64,000 nt of DNA from an uncultured bacterium (lineage in GTDB: Bacteria; Omnitrophota; Omnitrophia; Omnitrophales; Aquincolibacteriaceae): the NCBI GenBank assembly GCA_964434115.1, contig CAYSSX010000001.1, positions 329,459 through 393,458 of the forward strand, read 5' to 3'. Below are positions 1 through 10,203 of this stretch, in pieces. The translations under genes were made by a program, and so were the position numbers. The notes below the pieces were generated by a model. That model was not told the DNA's origin. It saw only the letters and a list, made by a program, of their open reading frames with translations, and did not search any database. Numbering within the stretch: the first letter of the stretch is position 1; every line of letters starts with the position of its first letter.

Positions 1-1
1 T

Positions 2-445
<444 letters not shown>

Positions 446-486
446 GCGATTCACGTAAAGCGAACAGCCTGATCTCAGAGGAAATT

Positions 487-1725
487 TTATCTGCGGAAAC
501 GGCGCCCGCCGAAAGTACGCTTGCCAAAACCACCACCGCCGCTGCGGCCGCCATGCCCCGGCTTACGGCTTCCGCCGCCGCCCGCAAGAAAAGACTCCAC
601 GGGAATTTCAGGATGCTGGGAAATGGGGAGCGCTGAACGCATGACCTGCTCAATACGGCGGACTTCAAGGCCCTGATCGGGCGTTGCGAAAGAGATCGCG
701 TGGCCTTCGTGGCCCGCGCGGCCGGTACGGCCGATGCGGTGAATGTAATTCTCCGCTTCATCCGGCAAATCATAATTAATGACCAGTTCAATCCCCTTCA
801 CGTCAATGCCGCGGGCGGCAATATCGGTCGCCACAAGCACGCGGTACTTTCCGGATTTAAAACCTTCCAGCGCTTCGCGGCGCTGACCCAGCGTACGGTC
901 GGAATGAATTTCCGCCGCGCTGTGGTTCATCTCGCGGATCGCCCGGGAAATGTAACGGGCGCTCACCTTGGTACGCGCAAACACCAGCACGGAACCGTGA
1001 TACTGCGCCAGCACCTTACCCAGCATTTTGCTCTTCAATTCTTTTTTCACAATGAAAAGCTCCTGCGTCACCCGCTCCGCGATCGTGCCGGCCGGGGCGA
1101 TTTCAACGCTCAAGGGAAGCTTCATATGGGATTTCGCCATCCGCACGATTTCACTCGGCATGGTGGCTGAGAAAAGAAGGGTCTGACGGTCCGAAGGGAC
1201 CATCTTCAAAATTCTTTCAATTTGAGGCGCAAAACCCATGTCCAGCATGCGGTCCGCTTCGTCCAGCACCAGCACTTGAACGTCCCGGAGGCTGACGGTC
1301 CTCTGTTCCATATGGTCCAGCAGGCGGCCCGGGGTTGCAATAATGATGCGGGGTTTCTTTCTCAGGACCGTAATCTGGTTATGCATCGACGCGCCGCCGA
1401 TCAAAACCGCGGAACGCATCTGAAAAGGCTGGCCGATTTTCTGGAACGTTTCATAAACCTGAAGCGCGAGCTCGCGGGTCGGCACGAGGACAAGCCCCAT
1501 TCCCGTCGTGTGCGCGGCAAGGCGCTGAAGCATCGGGACGCAAAACGCGAGGGTTTTGCCGGTTCCCGTCTGCGCGATTCCAATGATGTCTTTGCCTTCC
1601 ACGCAAATCGGAATGGCTTTGACCTGAATCGCCGTGGGGATGGAAAACTTATTTTGTTCGAGAATCTGAAGAAGCCTGGGCGCAATGCCTAGACTGAAAA
1701 AATTCGGGTGTGTTGTTGACGACAT
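487..1725 (-). CDS. DEAD-box ATP-dependent RNA helicase (RhlE/DeaD-like) with an Arg/Gly-rich C-terminal tail
   Basis: Q-motif region is present. Walker A is AQTGTGKT, the DEAD box is VLDEADRMLDMGF, then SAT and HRIGRTGRAG motifs. The C-terminus is a GGGSRKPGHGGRSGGGGFGKR tail. Confidence 0.9.
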   Translation of the reverse strand: MSSTTHPNFFSLGIAPRLLQILEQNKFSIPTAIQVKAIPICVEGKDIIGIAQTGTGKTLAFCVPMLQRLAAHTTGMGLVLVPTRELALQVYETFQKIGQPFQMRSAVLIGGASMHNQITVLRKKPRIIIATPGRLLDHMEQRTVSLRDVQVLVLDEADRMLDMGFAPQIERILKMVPSDRQTLLFSATMPSEIVRMAKSHMKLPLSVEIAPAGTIAERVTQELFIVKKELKSKMLGKVLAQYHGSVLVFARTKVSARYISRAIREMNHSAAEIHSDRTLGQRREALEGFKSGKYRVLVATDIAARGIDVKGIELVINYDLPDEAENYIHRIGRTGRAGHEGHAISFATPDQGLEVRRIEQVMRSALPISQHPEIPVESFLAGGGGSRKPGHGGRSGGGGFGKRTFGGRRFRR

Positions 1726-1828
1726 GCATTTCCTCTTAGGGCTACGAGCGCCCGAGAGAAATCTGCCGGGCGCAGCTTACGTTTAGTTTGTCTGTGATTG
1801 TTTAAATACGGCACAACGGTGCGTTTTC

Positions 1829-2215
1829 TTAATCCTGCAAAAGGGGGGCCGCCAAACGCCGGGATTTTCCCGACTGAACGAGAGCTTCTTTCTTTTTGCG
1901 CGGGTACGCTTTGACTTCACATTCCCGGACCAGGGCCCGGGTCTTTCCGTCACACGCTTCAGAGTATAGCATTTTAACCGGCCGCCGGACACGTGTATAT
2001 CGGGAGGCCTTTCCAGCGGAGTGCATTTTAAGGCGTCTGTCGAGGTCGTTGGTGACCCCCGTATAGTACGACCCGTCGGCGCATTCCAGCATGTAAACGA
2101 ACCAGGATTCGGGCTTCCCTTCTTCCGGGAGCGCCGTCTCCTTTTCCAGAACCGCTATGATTTTCTTGGGCTTTTTGTCCGCGGGCATCTCAGGAATCCG
2201 AAACCAGTTCTTCAA
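1829..2215 (-). CDS. GIY-YIG nuclease superfamily protein (UPF0213-like) with a ~45-aa N-terminal extension
   Basis: The core WFVYMLECADGSYYTGVTNDLDRRLKMH matches the GIY-YIG motif. A basic C-terminus follows. Confidence 0.65.
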   Translation of the reverse strand: MKNWFRIPEMPADKKPKKIIAVLEKETALPEEGKPESWFVYMLECADGSYYTGVTNDLDRRLKMHSAGKASRYTRVRRPVKMLYSEACDGKTRALVRECEVKAYPRKKKEALVQSGKSRRLAAPLLQD

Positions 2216-3182
2216 AAAGTTCCTCAGGCGTGAATTGCCTCAGGTCAAGAATCGTTTGGAAAACCGGGAGGTATTCTTTGAGCTGACGCCCGGTTTCGGA
2301 AACGCCGGCAAGGTTCAGCGGGCGCTGGGTTTGATACCCGGAGATAAAAATTTCCCGGGCTTCCCGCTTGGCTTCTTCCGGGAGCCGGAGCGCGAGGAAG
2401 CAAAGGAAAAACCCCACGTCCCAAATCCGTTTGTCTTCACGCGTGCAGAATTCAAGGTCCGTGAAATAAACGGTTTTCTCATTTTCTTTCCAGATGCAGT
2501 TTACGGGCTGGGTATCAATCAGGGAAAAACCCGCGCGGTGAACCCGGGCCAATCCCGACCCGCATTGGCGGATGACTTCCGCGTCATGCCCGGCCAGGTT
2601 TCCGCGCTCGGCAATGCCCTTTAAAACATCATCCACGCTTTCGCCTGTGAGGAATTCAATGACCATGACTTTCTCCACAGGGTCAAAGGCCACAAGTTTG
2701 GGCACCGGAATGTCTTCTTCGGCAAGCTGCACGCGGCTGACCATATCGACGGTAAAACGTTCATGGGTCTCGCCGCCGTAAATCCTCGGGAAAGGACTGA
2801 CAATCGAAAGGTGGTGCGCCCAGAAACTTCCCGCGGCCACAAACACCTTCACAAAAAACTGAACCGTCTCCCCTTTTTTGTTTTTGAGCCGCCAGACCTG
2901 ATTGGCGTTGCTCAAGCCGCCGGATTTAGATTCCACCTCAAGGGATTCGATGTCCAGCCCTTCAAAAGCCAGACTGTGGCGCCGGAGAAATTCCCGGCAG
3001 GTCTTGACCTTGCGCCATTTGAGCATCTTGGCCCAGGTCAGCATCAAGGAAAAAATCAGCCAGGGCAGGAACACCGTAATCGCGAGGATCAGCTTGGCAA
3101 TCAGCCACGGCGAAGTTCTCCGCATGTTTTTCCAAAACCGCGCTTTGAGGCCTTTAAGGCGTGTGCGGATTTTAATGGGCAT
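2190..3182 (-). CDS. Membrane-anchored lipopolysaccharide-kinase (Kdo/WaaP)-like protein kinase family protein
   Basis: N-terminal TM helix, then a kinase-like catalytic region (LARVHRAGFSLIDTQPVNCIW, DLEFC). Family assignment is by eye only. Confidence 0.45.
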   Translation of the reverse strand: MPIKIRTRLKGLKARFWKNMRRTSPWLIAKLILAITVFLPWLIFSLMLTWAKMLKWRKVKTCREFLRRHSLAFEGLDIESLEVESKSGGLSNANQVWRLKNKKGETVQFFVKVFVAAGSFWAHHLSIVSPFPRIYGGETHERFTVDMVSRVQLAEEDIPVPKLVAFDPVEKVMVIEFLTGESVDDVLKGIAERGNLAGHDAEVIRQCGSGLARVHRAGFSLIDTQPVNCIWKENEKTVYFTDLEFCTREDKRIWDVGFFLCFLALRLPEEAKREAREIFISGYQTQRPLNLAGVSETGRQLKEYLPVFQTILDLRQFTPEELFEELVSDS

Positions 3183-3190
3183 CGACTTTT

Positions 3191-4516
3191 CTACACTTTC
3201 ACAGCGGCCGGCTGTTCAGTTTTCCCTTTGAGAAGAAAATAAACCGGGATGCCCAGTAAAAGAAGGCAGCTTCCCACGGCGGCTTCGCGGGGAGCAAAAC
3301 AAATGTCCGTAATCAGAAGCGCAAAAGAAATGAGCGTAAAGAGCGCGGGAACAAAGGGGTAGCCGGTCAACGCAAACGCCGCCGGATCACGGACTTTTCG
3401 GCGGAGCACAAACACGCTCGCACCCGCCAGGGTGAAGAAAAGCCATTTCGAAAATCCGGTGAAAAACAAAAGCCGGTCAAAACTTCCCCACAGCACCAGG
3501 CCGCAGGCCCAAAGCGCGTTGAACACAAACGCCAGCACCGGGGTGTCCAGGGTGACGTGAACTTTTCCGAGCCAGGAAATACGGCGGGCATCCTGGGCCA
3601 CGGCAAAGGGAATGCGCGCGCCGGTCAGGATATAAGAATTCAGGGCGCCGCTTGCGGAAATCAAAACCGCGATTGTCAGAATCACGCTTCCGGCGGAACC
3701 GTAAAAATTGCCGAAAATCGTGGAGGCAATTGAAGGGGTTGTTTTCATCTGCTCCGGGGTGAGGGCCGCGAGGTAAGCCGAGTTGATGCCCACATAAAGC
3801 GCGGTGATGATCAGAATGCTTGTAATCAGGGAAAGCGGGAGCGCCTTTTTCGTGTCTTTGAATTCCCCGGACATAAAGGTGCTTTCATTCCAGCCGCCGT
3901 ACCCCCAAAGCACGGGAATCAGGGCCGGGGCCAGCTGCAGCCAGCCTCCCCCCGTGGAAGGAAAACCGTGGACAGTACCCGCCGCGGGCCAGGACCGGAG
4001 GTTAAAGAAAATAACCGCGGTCATGGTCAAAAGCGTCAGCCCCTTCAAGACACTGAGAACACTCTGCACCCGGGTGCTGAAGCGGAGGCCTGAGATATTG
4101 AGAACCGTAAAAAAAAGAATGGCCGCAAGCGCGATCCATTTTTCGCTGCCCGGCGCCAGAGGAAGAAGGTTGCGGAGGTACGCGGCAAAGACATACGCCA
4201 CCCCGGCCAGGGACCCGGCGCGGAAAACGGAGATTTCCATCCAGCCAAAAAGAAAGCCCACCATCTTTCCGTAGGCTTCCCGGAGGTAAACGTAGGTGCC
4301 ACCCGTGTGCGGAAAACAGGAGGAGAGTTCGGCATAACAAAGCACGCCGAGCAGAGAAACCGCGCCTCCGATCACCCAGGCGAGAAGAATCATTTCGGGG
4401 GTGCTGAGGTACTTTGCAATTTCCGCGGGAACACGGAAGATACCGACCCCGATCACGATCGCGATGTTGATGGCAATCGAATCCCAAAAGCCAAGCTGTC
4501 TTTTCAAATTCGTCAT
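3191..4516 (-). CDS. APC-family amino-acid permease
   Basis: About 12 predicted TM helices. Several Gly-rich permease motifs are present, for example GVGIFRVP and WGYGGWNESTF. Confidence 0.85.
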   Translation of the reverse strand: MTNLKRQLGFWDSIAINIAIVIGVGIFRVPAEIAKYLSTPEMILLAWVIGGAVSLLGVLCYAELSSCFPHTGGTYVYLREAYGKMVGFLFGWMEISVFRAGSLAGVAYVFAAYLRNLLPLAPGSEKWIALAAILFFTVLNISGLRFSTRVQSVLSVLKGLTLLTMTAVIFFNLRSWPAAGTVHGFPSTGGGWLQLAPALIPVLWGYGGWNESTFMSGEFKDTKKALPLSLITSILIITALYVGINSAYLAALTPEQMKTTPSIASTIFGNFYGSAGSVILTIAVLISASGALNSYILTGARIPFAVAQDARRISWLGKVHVTLDTPVLAFVFNALWACGLVLWGSFDRLLFFTGFSKWLFFTLAGASVFVLRRKVRDPAAFALTGYPFVPALFTLISFALLITDICFAPREAAVGSCLLLLGIPVYFLLKGKTEQPAAVKV

Positions 4517-4613
4517 ACGTTCTCCGGATGAAAGGCTTTATCGGAACAACCGGCGGGGAAACTTAGGGGCTCTCCCGCGATAAATTCAGAAATTAAAGGG
4601 CGCGCCGGCTGCT

Positions 4614-5840
4614 TCAAACGGCCGCGGGATCGGTTTTAATCGTACGGAAAAGCATCCAGCCTTTCACATCCATTTTTAAACGGGCGGCCTCTTGAATGAA
4701 GCCGGGGGCCGGCTGTCCGGCCACAAGAATTTCCGCGTGCGCAAAAGGTTTGAGGGCTTTCAGGGCCTCGGCAAGAGACAGGACTTTTTTCCCGGCCTCG
4801 CCGGCATCCAGAAAATCATACGGCGCCAGAAAAATAAAATTCGTTCCGTCCTCAAGAGCGATCCCCGCTTCCGTGCTGTAAATCCGGAGCAGGCCCTTTT
4901 TCGAAGAGGCGGTTTCGGCGGCCATTTCTGCCGCGTAAAGAATTTCGCGGGCTTCCCAGGGGTTCATACACTGCACGGCACGCCGGAAAATCTCCTGATA
5001 CCCGGCCGCGCCTTTAAGGCGTTCCAGATAAAAACGGATGTAGGTCACTTCACGCGGCGTGTAAAACGATTTGTTCAGGAAAATGCGGATATCCCGCGCG
5101 GAAAAGCCCATTTCCTCCAGCGCCTTCTGGTTGGCGCTGAAAAGGTCGCCCTTGCTTTTGGTGTTCACAAACTGGTCCGCGGCGCTGTTCACACCGCCCG
5201 CGGTCACGGCCGCGGAAACCAGGCCGGCAATCGGCAGAAGGAATTTGCCCACCGCCGCCACGCCCTTGCCACCCATCCGGGATTGGGCCATGTCCGCAAG
5301 AATCTTTTGAAGCTTGGGGTTCCGTGTATACACGTCGACGCCAAGTTCCACGGCAATTTCTCGCTGGGAACCGCCGAAAACCTTTTCAGAAAAACTGGTC
5401 TTCTCCCCTTCTTCTTTAGAGCGGAACACACCGCCCACGCGCCGGCCCAGCTTGCCCGCCGCGGCGCCGATGTTCTTTCCGGATTCAATCGGGTTGGTCA
5501 CGAGGTTTTTCACGCCCTCGCCCGTGGCCACAACAGAATCCACTGCGCCTTCCGTGAAACCGCTGCCGGCCAGTCCTTTACGGACCTGTTCAATGACTTC
5601 AATTTCATGCAGGGTTTTACGGAGCTCAGCCAGCGTCTCAACGTCATACGGGCCATGCGGGGACTCTACGTGAAAAAGCAGGAAGCCCGGACGAGAGGCG
5701 TCCTCAGCGGATTTCAGGGTTGAAACCGCGGATTTGACTTTAAAGGTGAAGGGAAACTGGAGATCAGCCAGCGACGCGGCCATCAAAGACGGCGCCAGCA
5801 AAAAAAGGCTTAGGGAGGAAAGAATCAGTTTTCTTTTCAA
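4614..5840 (-). CDS. Secreted hypothetical protein (start revised to TTG at 5840)
   Basis: The listed ORF runs to 6014 but would overlap the upstream HIT gene by 160 nt. The in-frame TTG at 5840 lies 13 nt after the HIT stop. It gives a classic signal peptide, KRKLILSSLSLFLLAPSLMAASLA. I recognise no domain. Confidence 0.45.
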   Translation of the reverse strand: MKRKLILSSLSLFLLAPSLMAASLADLQFPFTFKVKSAVSTLKSAEDASRPGFLLFHVESPHGPYDVETLAELRKTLHEIEVIEQVRKGLAGSGFTEGAVDSVVATGEGVKNLVTNPIESGKNIGAAAGKLGRRVGGVFRSKEEGEKTSFSEKVFGGSQREIAVELGVDVYTRNPKLQKILADMAQSRMGGKGVAAVGKFLLPIAGLVSAAVTAGGVNSAADQFVNTKSKGDLFSANQKALEEMGFSARDIRIFLNKSFYTPREVTYIRFYLERLKGAAGYQEIFRRAVQCMNPWEAREILYAAEMAAETASSKKGLLRIYSTEAGIALEDGTNFIFLAPYDFLDAGEAGKKVLSLAEALKALKPFAHAEILVAGQPAPGFIQEAARLKMDVKGWMLFRTIKTDPAAV

Positions 5841-5853
5841 GACAGGCCGGGGG

Positions 5854-6273
5854 TTAATGACGGCTCGGTTCCTGAACAGAAGCGGAAACAGCCGCACGGA
5901 TTTTCTCGGCAGCGGCCGCCAGCTCTTCATTCGAAGCGGACCGCGCTTTGGCAAAATTAAGGTCACCCACTTCAAAAATCGGCACCAGGTGAATGTGCAC
6001 GTGCGGCACTTCAAGCCCGGCCACCATCATGCCTACTTTCCGGCACGGCATGGCTTTGCGGATGGGAATGGCCGCTTTTTTGGCAAACTTCACAAGCTCC
6101 CCCAGCAGGTCATCTTCAAGATCAAAGATGTAATCCACTTCCTGTTTGGGGATGACCAGCGTGTGGCCGGGGTTGATGGGTCGGACATCCAGAAAGGCGA
6201 GGAATTTTTCGTTTTCCAGAATTTTATGACAGGGAACTTCACCCGAAACAATGCGTGTGAAAAGACTCGGCAT
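5854..6273 (-). CDS. HIT (histidine triad) family nucleotide hydrolase
   Basis: Histidine triad HVHIHLVP. N-terminal FTRIVSGEVP and PINPGHTLVIP motifs are present. Confidence 0.9.
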   Translation of the reverse strand: MPSLFTRIVSGEVPCHKILENEKFLAFLDVRPINPGHTLVIPKQEVDYIFDLEDDLLGELVKFAKKAAIPIRKAMPCRKVGMMVAGLEVPHVHIHLVPIFEVGDLNFAKARSASNEELAAAAEKIRAAVSASVQEPSRH

Positions 6274-6305
6274 ACCAAAACTCCTAAAAGGCGCGGGGTT
6301 GGTTT

Positions 6306-6785
6306 TTAATGGTGATGATGCCCGTGGCCGTCAGGACCGTGGGCATGGCCGTGGGCCAATTCCTCGGCTGTCGCTTCGCGGACGCCGGTGATTTCAATAT
6401 CAAAAACAAGGTCCAGTCCCGCCAGCGGATGATTGGCATCCAGCGTGACTTCTTCACCCTGCACTTCGGTGACGGTGTAAACCGGGGCGTCTTCTTCGGC
6501 GCCGCCTCTAAAACGGTCTCCCACCTGAATTTCCTGTCCCGCGGGAAGCTGAGATTTCGCGACGGTCACAATGAGTCCGTCCTGCTTCACTCCGTAAGCT
6601 TCCTGGGCGGCGACGGCAATTTTTTTCTTGGTTCCCGGAGTAAGACCGAGAACTTCTTTTTCAAGACCGGGAATGATCTGACGGGCGCCTTCCATAAAAG
6701 AAAAAGCATCGCCGCCGTTTGAGCTGTCAAGGGTACGGCCGTCGCCGTCAGTCAATATATAATGGAAGGAAATCACGCGAGCCAT
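6306..6785 (-). CDS. slyD: FKBP-type peptidyl-prolyl cis-trans isomerase SlyD with a His-rich metal-binding tail
   Basis: FKBP domain plus an IF insertion-like region. The C-terminus reads HGHAHGPDGHGHHHH. Confidence 0.85.
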   Translation of the reverse strand: MARVISFHYILTDGDGRTLDSSNGGDAFSFMEGARQIIPGLEKEVLGLTPGTKKKIAVAAQEAYGVKQDGLIVTVAKSQLPAGQEIQVGDRFRGGAEEDAPVYTVTEVQGEEVTLDANHPLAGLDLVFDIEITGVREATAEELAHGHAHGPDGHGHHHH

Positions 6786-6800
6786 GGAAAGCCTTTCTGT

Positions 6801-7244
6801 TTAAAAATAGCAGGAAAATTGTTTTGCGAATTTTTCAATCCATGCGCGAGCCGCATCTTCTTCACTGATATCCCTGCCTTGTTCCCGCGCAAGTTCATCA
6901 CGGTACTCCCGGATGCGGTTCATCTGTTCCGCCAGTTTGGCATGGAAAGCGCTGACCGAGTCACTGAAAGCCACTCCGGTGCGGTAGCGGTTCACGCTCG
7001 GCACGCGGTTGCAGTAAGCCACCCGCCCCTTCATCTTGAAGAGCTGGCCGCTCACGGGAATACTGAGGTGCAATTCCGCGCCTTTCGCGATGAAATGCTC
7101 GGCAAGAAAACAAATCCCGCCCTGAGAAACATCCACCGAGGCTGTGCGCGCCAAAGCCCGGGTCTGCACTTCCTGATACTGAATAGGGGTGCTGACGGGA
7201 TGGCGGTAAAAGCGTCTTTTATCAATTCCTGACGCGCTCGGCAT
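6801..7244 (-). CDS. PilZ domain protein (c-di-GMP binding likely)
   Basis: The RRFYRH and DVSQGGICF motifs are spaced as in PilZ domains. Confidence 0.7.
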   Translation of the reverse strand: MPSASGIDKRRFYRHPVSTPIQYQEVQTRALARTASVDVSQGGICFLAEHFIAKGAELHLSIPVSGQLFKMKGRVAYCNRVPSVNRYRTGVAFSDSVSAFHAKLAEQMNRIREYRDELAREQGRDISEEDAARAWIEKFAKQFSCYF

Positions 7245-7475
7245 AGGGTGGGAGTATACGCCATAAGAAAGCTCAATTCAATGGCGGTTTTCAGACGAAC
7301 CCCCTCCCCGCGCCGCTCGGAACCAAGCCTGAAACACCGGCTTTGATCCCGGTCAAAAGCCCCCCGTTTAAGCCTCTGACAGGCGAGGGAGAAGGCCGCT
7401 AAACATAAAGAAGTTTAAAGGTGATCGCGGAAGAACACGTGCCGGGGATGTAAAAAGCGGGTAAAGAATCCGGGG

Positions 7476-7913
7476 CTACCCGATTTGGGCAGCGACCCAT
7501 TTTAAAATGTCACCGGAGGTCACTATGCCCACCAGTTTATTTTCAGTGTCTACGAGCGGGATGCAGCCGTACTTGTTGCGGATCATGACCTCAAGGGCCT
7601 TTGAAACCGGGTCTTCCGGACTCAAGGTGTAAGGGCTGGCGGTCATTTGACGGGAAAGGACAAAATCATTGAGCATCGCGGGGTCGTAAATGTAGCCGTC
7701 TTCGGTATGGCGGGGAGAAACAATCCGGTAAAGATCTCGCTGCGTGATCAGTCCGACCACACGGTTTTGGGAGTCTACCACGGGCAGATGACGTATGCCT
7801 CGCGCGCGGAATTTGGATTCCACATTCTTGAAGTCTTCTTCAGCAGAGACCGTCAGAACCGGTGAAGCCATTAATTCCTTGAGTTTGACATCCCGCATCG
7901 CCCGCCCCTCCAT
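7476..7913 (-). CDS. CBS-domain pair protein
   Basis: Two CBS motifs: VVDSQNRVVGLITQRDL and LVDTENKLVGIVTSGDIL. Confidence 0.8.
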   Translation of the reverse strand: MEGRAMRDVKLKELMASPVLTVSAEEDFKNVESKFRARGIRHLPVVDSQNRVVGLITQRDLYRIVSPRHTEDGYIYDPAMLNDFVLSRQMTASPYTLSPEDPVSKALEVMIRNKYGCIPLVDTENKLVGIVTSGDILKWVAAQIG

Positions 7914-7957
7914 CGTCCGTGTTTTCAGTTTTGATTTTGCGGCAGATCAAAAAAAAG

Positions 7958-7990
7958 CCCCTGCCAGGGGTGACCCGGCAGGGGTTTTAA
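7958..7990 (-). terminator. Rho-independent terminator (bidirectional-capable) downstream of the lipoprotein gene 8002..8364
   Basis: A GC-rich hairpin, CCCCTGCC-N11-GGCAGGGG, is followed on the minus strand by T8. An A-run lies on the other flank. Confidence 0.7.
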
Positions 7991-8001
7991 AACTAAAAAC
8001 T

Positions 8002-8364
8002 TTACTGGATCGCGTCGCCGGCCACGTTGCTGGTCACAGGCGTGATAAAAAATGAAAACGGAGGGAACGCAAACCACCAGGCCCGGCTGCTGGACTGAAC
8101 AATGCGGGTCTTGGTCGCGCCTGTCGCTTTCACGGCAGCGGTGTAATCATTCACAGTCTGATCAAGGCTGGCATTACCGACGATCGGGTCGCGGCCGAAC
8201 AGAAAATGAAGCGCCATATTCGAGGTGCTGACATGCGCGACAGGAGTGCCGTCCGGTGTTCCGAGGCCATTCCAAGCCGTGCTGGTTTTTGTGCTGCTGC
8301 AGCCCGTTGCCGCAAAAGCTACGGCCAGGGCAAAAAAGGAAAGTGACAGTGCGGACTTCTTCAT
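8002..8364 (-). CDS. Hypothetical lipoprotein
   Basis: Signal peptide with a lipobox: MKKSALSLSFFALAVAFAATGCSS. Confidence 0.5.
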   Translation of the reverse strand: MKKSALSLSFFALAVAFAATGCSSTKTSTAWNGLGTPDGTPVAHVSTSNMALHFLFGRDPIVGNASLDQTVNDYTAAVKATGATKTRIVQSSSRAWWFAFPPFSFFITPVTSNVAGDAIQ

Positions 8365-8460
8365 AAAGCCTCCTTAGAGATTAGGGGGTTAAAACAACGG
8401 GAGCATTATAGGAGGAAAAGGTGTTTTTGGAATAAAAAAGATACGCTTGCTAGAAGATGC

Positions 8461-9174
8461 CTAGCTTTCAGACGGTTTTTTCGGCTCCAGAAAAAGACGG
8501 AACTGATACACAAAGTACCCTGCGGCAAACCCGACTCCAATCCCGAACAAAGTATCCGAAGGCCAGTGTTTGTTGTTCCAGACCCGCGACAAGGCTGTGA
8601 GAAACGGGAAAATTAAAATTCCGTAACGCCAGGCACGGCCCTTGAGGGCAAAGAAGAAATACGCCGAGGCACCCGCGACAATCGCGACATCACCGGAAGG
8701 AAAACTCTGGTACTGGCGCGTGTTCTCAAGAAGCCCCTGAACATCAAAAAAGTGGTACGGGCCGTTTCCCGTGTAGGGTCTCGCCCGCTGAAAAAGATGT
8801 TTAAAAATGTGCGCCAGCCCCCCGGCCAAGGCGGACGAGAGCAGGGCGCTGAAAATCACAAGCTGAAACCGGCTCTGGCGGATGAGGAGCGAGAGCACAT
8901 AAAAGACACCCAGGATCAGCCACAGACCGTTGAACTTTCCAAGGTAAGCGCCCAAATCAATAAAGACATCTTTGAAAAAACCCGGCTCCGGAACTGTCTG
9001 GACCGCTCGAAGCACCGCCTGATCGCCGAAATTAACACAGAGGACCACGGCAAACGAAAGGGCCAGAATAAGAAGGTAAGGCTGAGGGCGCAGGGTTTTT
9101 AAGTAAGCCTTGAAGCCTTTGAAATAACCGCGGCGGATCTCCACCACGGTCATCAGAAGAAGCAGGAAAAGCAT
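8461..9174 (-). CDS. PAP2 (phosphatidic acid phosphatase type 2) family membrane phosphatase
   Basis: PAP2 motifs KHLFQRARP, PSGD and SRVWNNKHWPSD. The ORF could extend to 9324, but the Met at 9174 begins the first TM helix. Confidence 0.7.
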   Translation of the reverse strand: MLFLLLLMTVVEIRRGYFKGFKAYLKTLRPQPYLLILALSFAVVLCVNFGDQAVLRAVQTVPEPGFFKDVFIDLGAYLGKFNGLWLILGVFYVLSLLIRQSRFQLVIFSALLSSALAGGLAHIFKHLFQRARPYTGNGPYHFFDVQGLLENTRQYQSFPSGDVAIVAGASAYFFFALKGRAWRYGILIFPFLTALSRVWNNKHWPSDTLFGIGVGFAAGYFVYQFRLFLEPKKPSES

Positions 9175-9360
9175 CTGCGCTTTCGGCTGGGTAATATAAC
9201 TTAAAAAAGAATTCACGTTTTTCTCGAAGGTTGAAATGTTAACGGGCGCTTTCACGCGCCCGGAACATTTTCCCGGCGCCGGGAAAATCTGGCACCAATT
9301 TAAACGAGAATACGGACAATGCAAATCTTTTTTGTCCGGAGAGAAAACAAGAGCGGGTTT

Positions 9361-10203
9361 TTACGCCGCGGATTCGACGGCTTTGCGGGAAAGGAATTCG
9401 GTGATAAACCGCTGCAAGTTACCGCGGTCAATGGACAGAACGCCGTCTCCGTCCATCTGCAAAAAGGACGGCCCTTCGTACTGGCCGCCCTTCAGAAGCG
9501 CGGCCCAGACTTTCTTCAAAATCTCGGCCCGGTCCTCCGGGTTCTTTTTCAGGCGCTCGGCCGTGCCCGCAAAATGCGAAGTCAGAAGCGCGCCCGAGAG
9601 CATCGCGATGAGCGCCGCGCTTTCAAAGCCGTCATCCGTCCCCGCCTCCCCCAGCAAGGTCACGGCAAAAGCACTGGCGTTACCCTGAAGCCGGGCCGCG
9701 TTCTCGGGGCTTGAAATCACCGGCATGCTTTCACCGTTGGAAAGCGAGAAACGCGCGCGGTAATTTGCCGGGTCATTCAAGGTTTCAAGCGGAATCCCCT
9801 CCGTATCCAGGAGGGACAAATCCATGCGCTTGGAAACGAGCAGGGTTTCAAAGCGCCCTTTCAAGGCCGGGTTTTCCTCGAGCACACGCCCCAAGGCAAT
9901 CTCTTCCCCCGGGACATCCAGAACCGCGCCCAGTTTTTCTGTTTGCAGAACACTTAACGCGTCCACAAACCAGCCCTGCGCAAAAGCCGCAAGGCGGCTG
10001 TCCATTTTAGGAGGCGCGGCCGTTTCCGAAACAGCGGCTTTCTTTTCCGCCGCCAAACGAACGCCTTCAAGTCTCAGCTCCGCGGCCAAATCCTCCAGAC
10101 CGACCTCTTGGACAACCGCGGCAACCCCGGAGGCCACCCTTTGCGACTGATTCGGATTAAAACCGTTTGAAACCAGGCCCTCGGCAAGCTGATGCGCAAG
10201 ATC
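9361..10203 (-). other. Conserved C-terminal module of giant protein 1 (~280 aa, ends ...AVESAA)
   Basis: Homologous to the C-terminus of giant 2: VVQEVGLEDLAAELRLEGVRLAAEKKAAVSE vs VVRTVLEDLALGRNLRREAAAVLAEKAQRQMPAVES, and GTAERLKKNP...FLSRKAVESAA vs TRITAERLKKLS...FSANRLIQSAA. Confidence 0.75.

Noticed and set aside
4614-6014. The 466-aa version of the ORF, with its start at 6014
   Set aside because: It would overlap the upstream HIT gene by 160 nt on the same strand, and its extra N-terminus is Cys/Arg/Trp-rich junk. The in-frame TTG at 5840 immediately after the HIT stop yields a clean signal peptide.
7245-7475. A 230-bp intergenic region scanned for tRNA or small RNA genes, as were the other gaps (29812..29895, 47375..47490, 59497..59654, 61294..61531)
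   Set aside because: No cloverleaf-compatible acceptor or T-arm (GTTCRANYC) pattern was found, and no conserved ncRNA signature I could recognise. These are most likely promoter or leader regions.
9361-10203. The shared C-terminal module as a known sorting signal (T9SS CTD, LPXTG, PEP-CTERM, GlyGly-CTERM)
   Set aside because: It has no terminal TM helix or basic tail, no LPXTG-like motif, and is predicted helical rather than a beta-sandwich. The terminal -SAA loosely resembles ClpX C-motif degrons but that is too weak to call.
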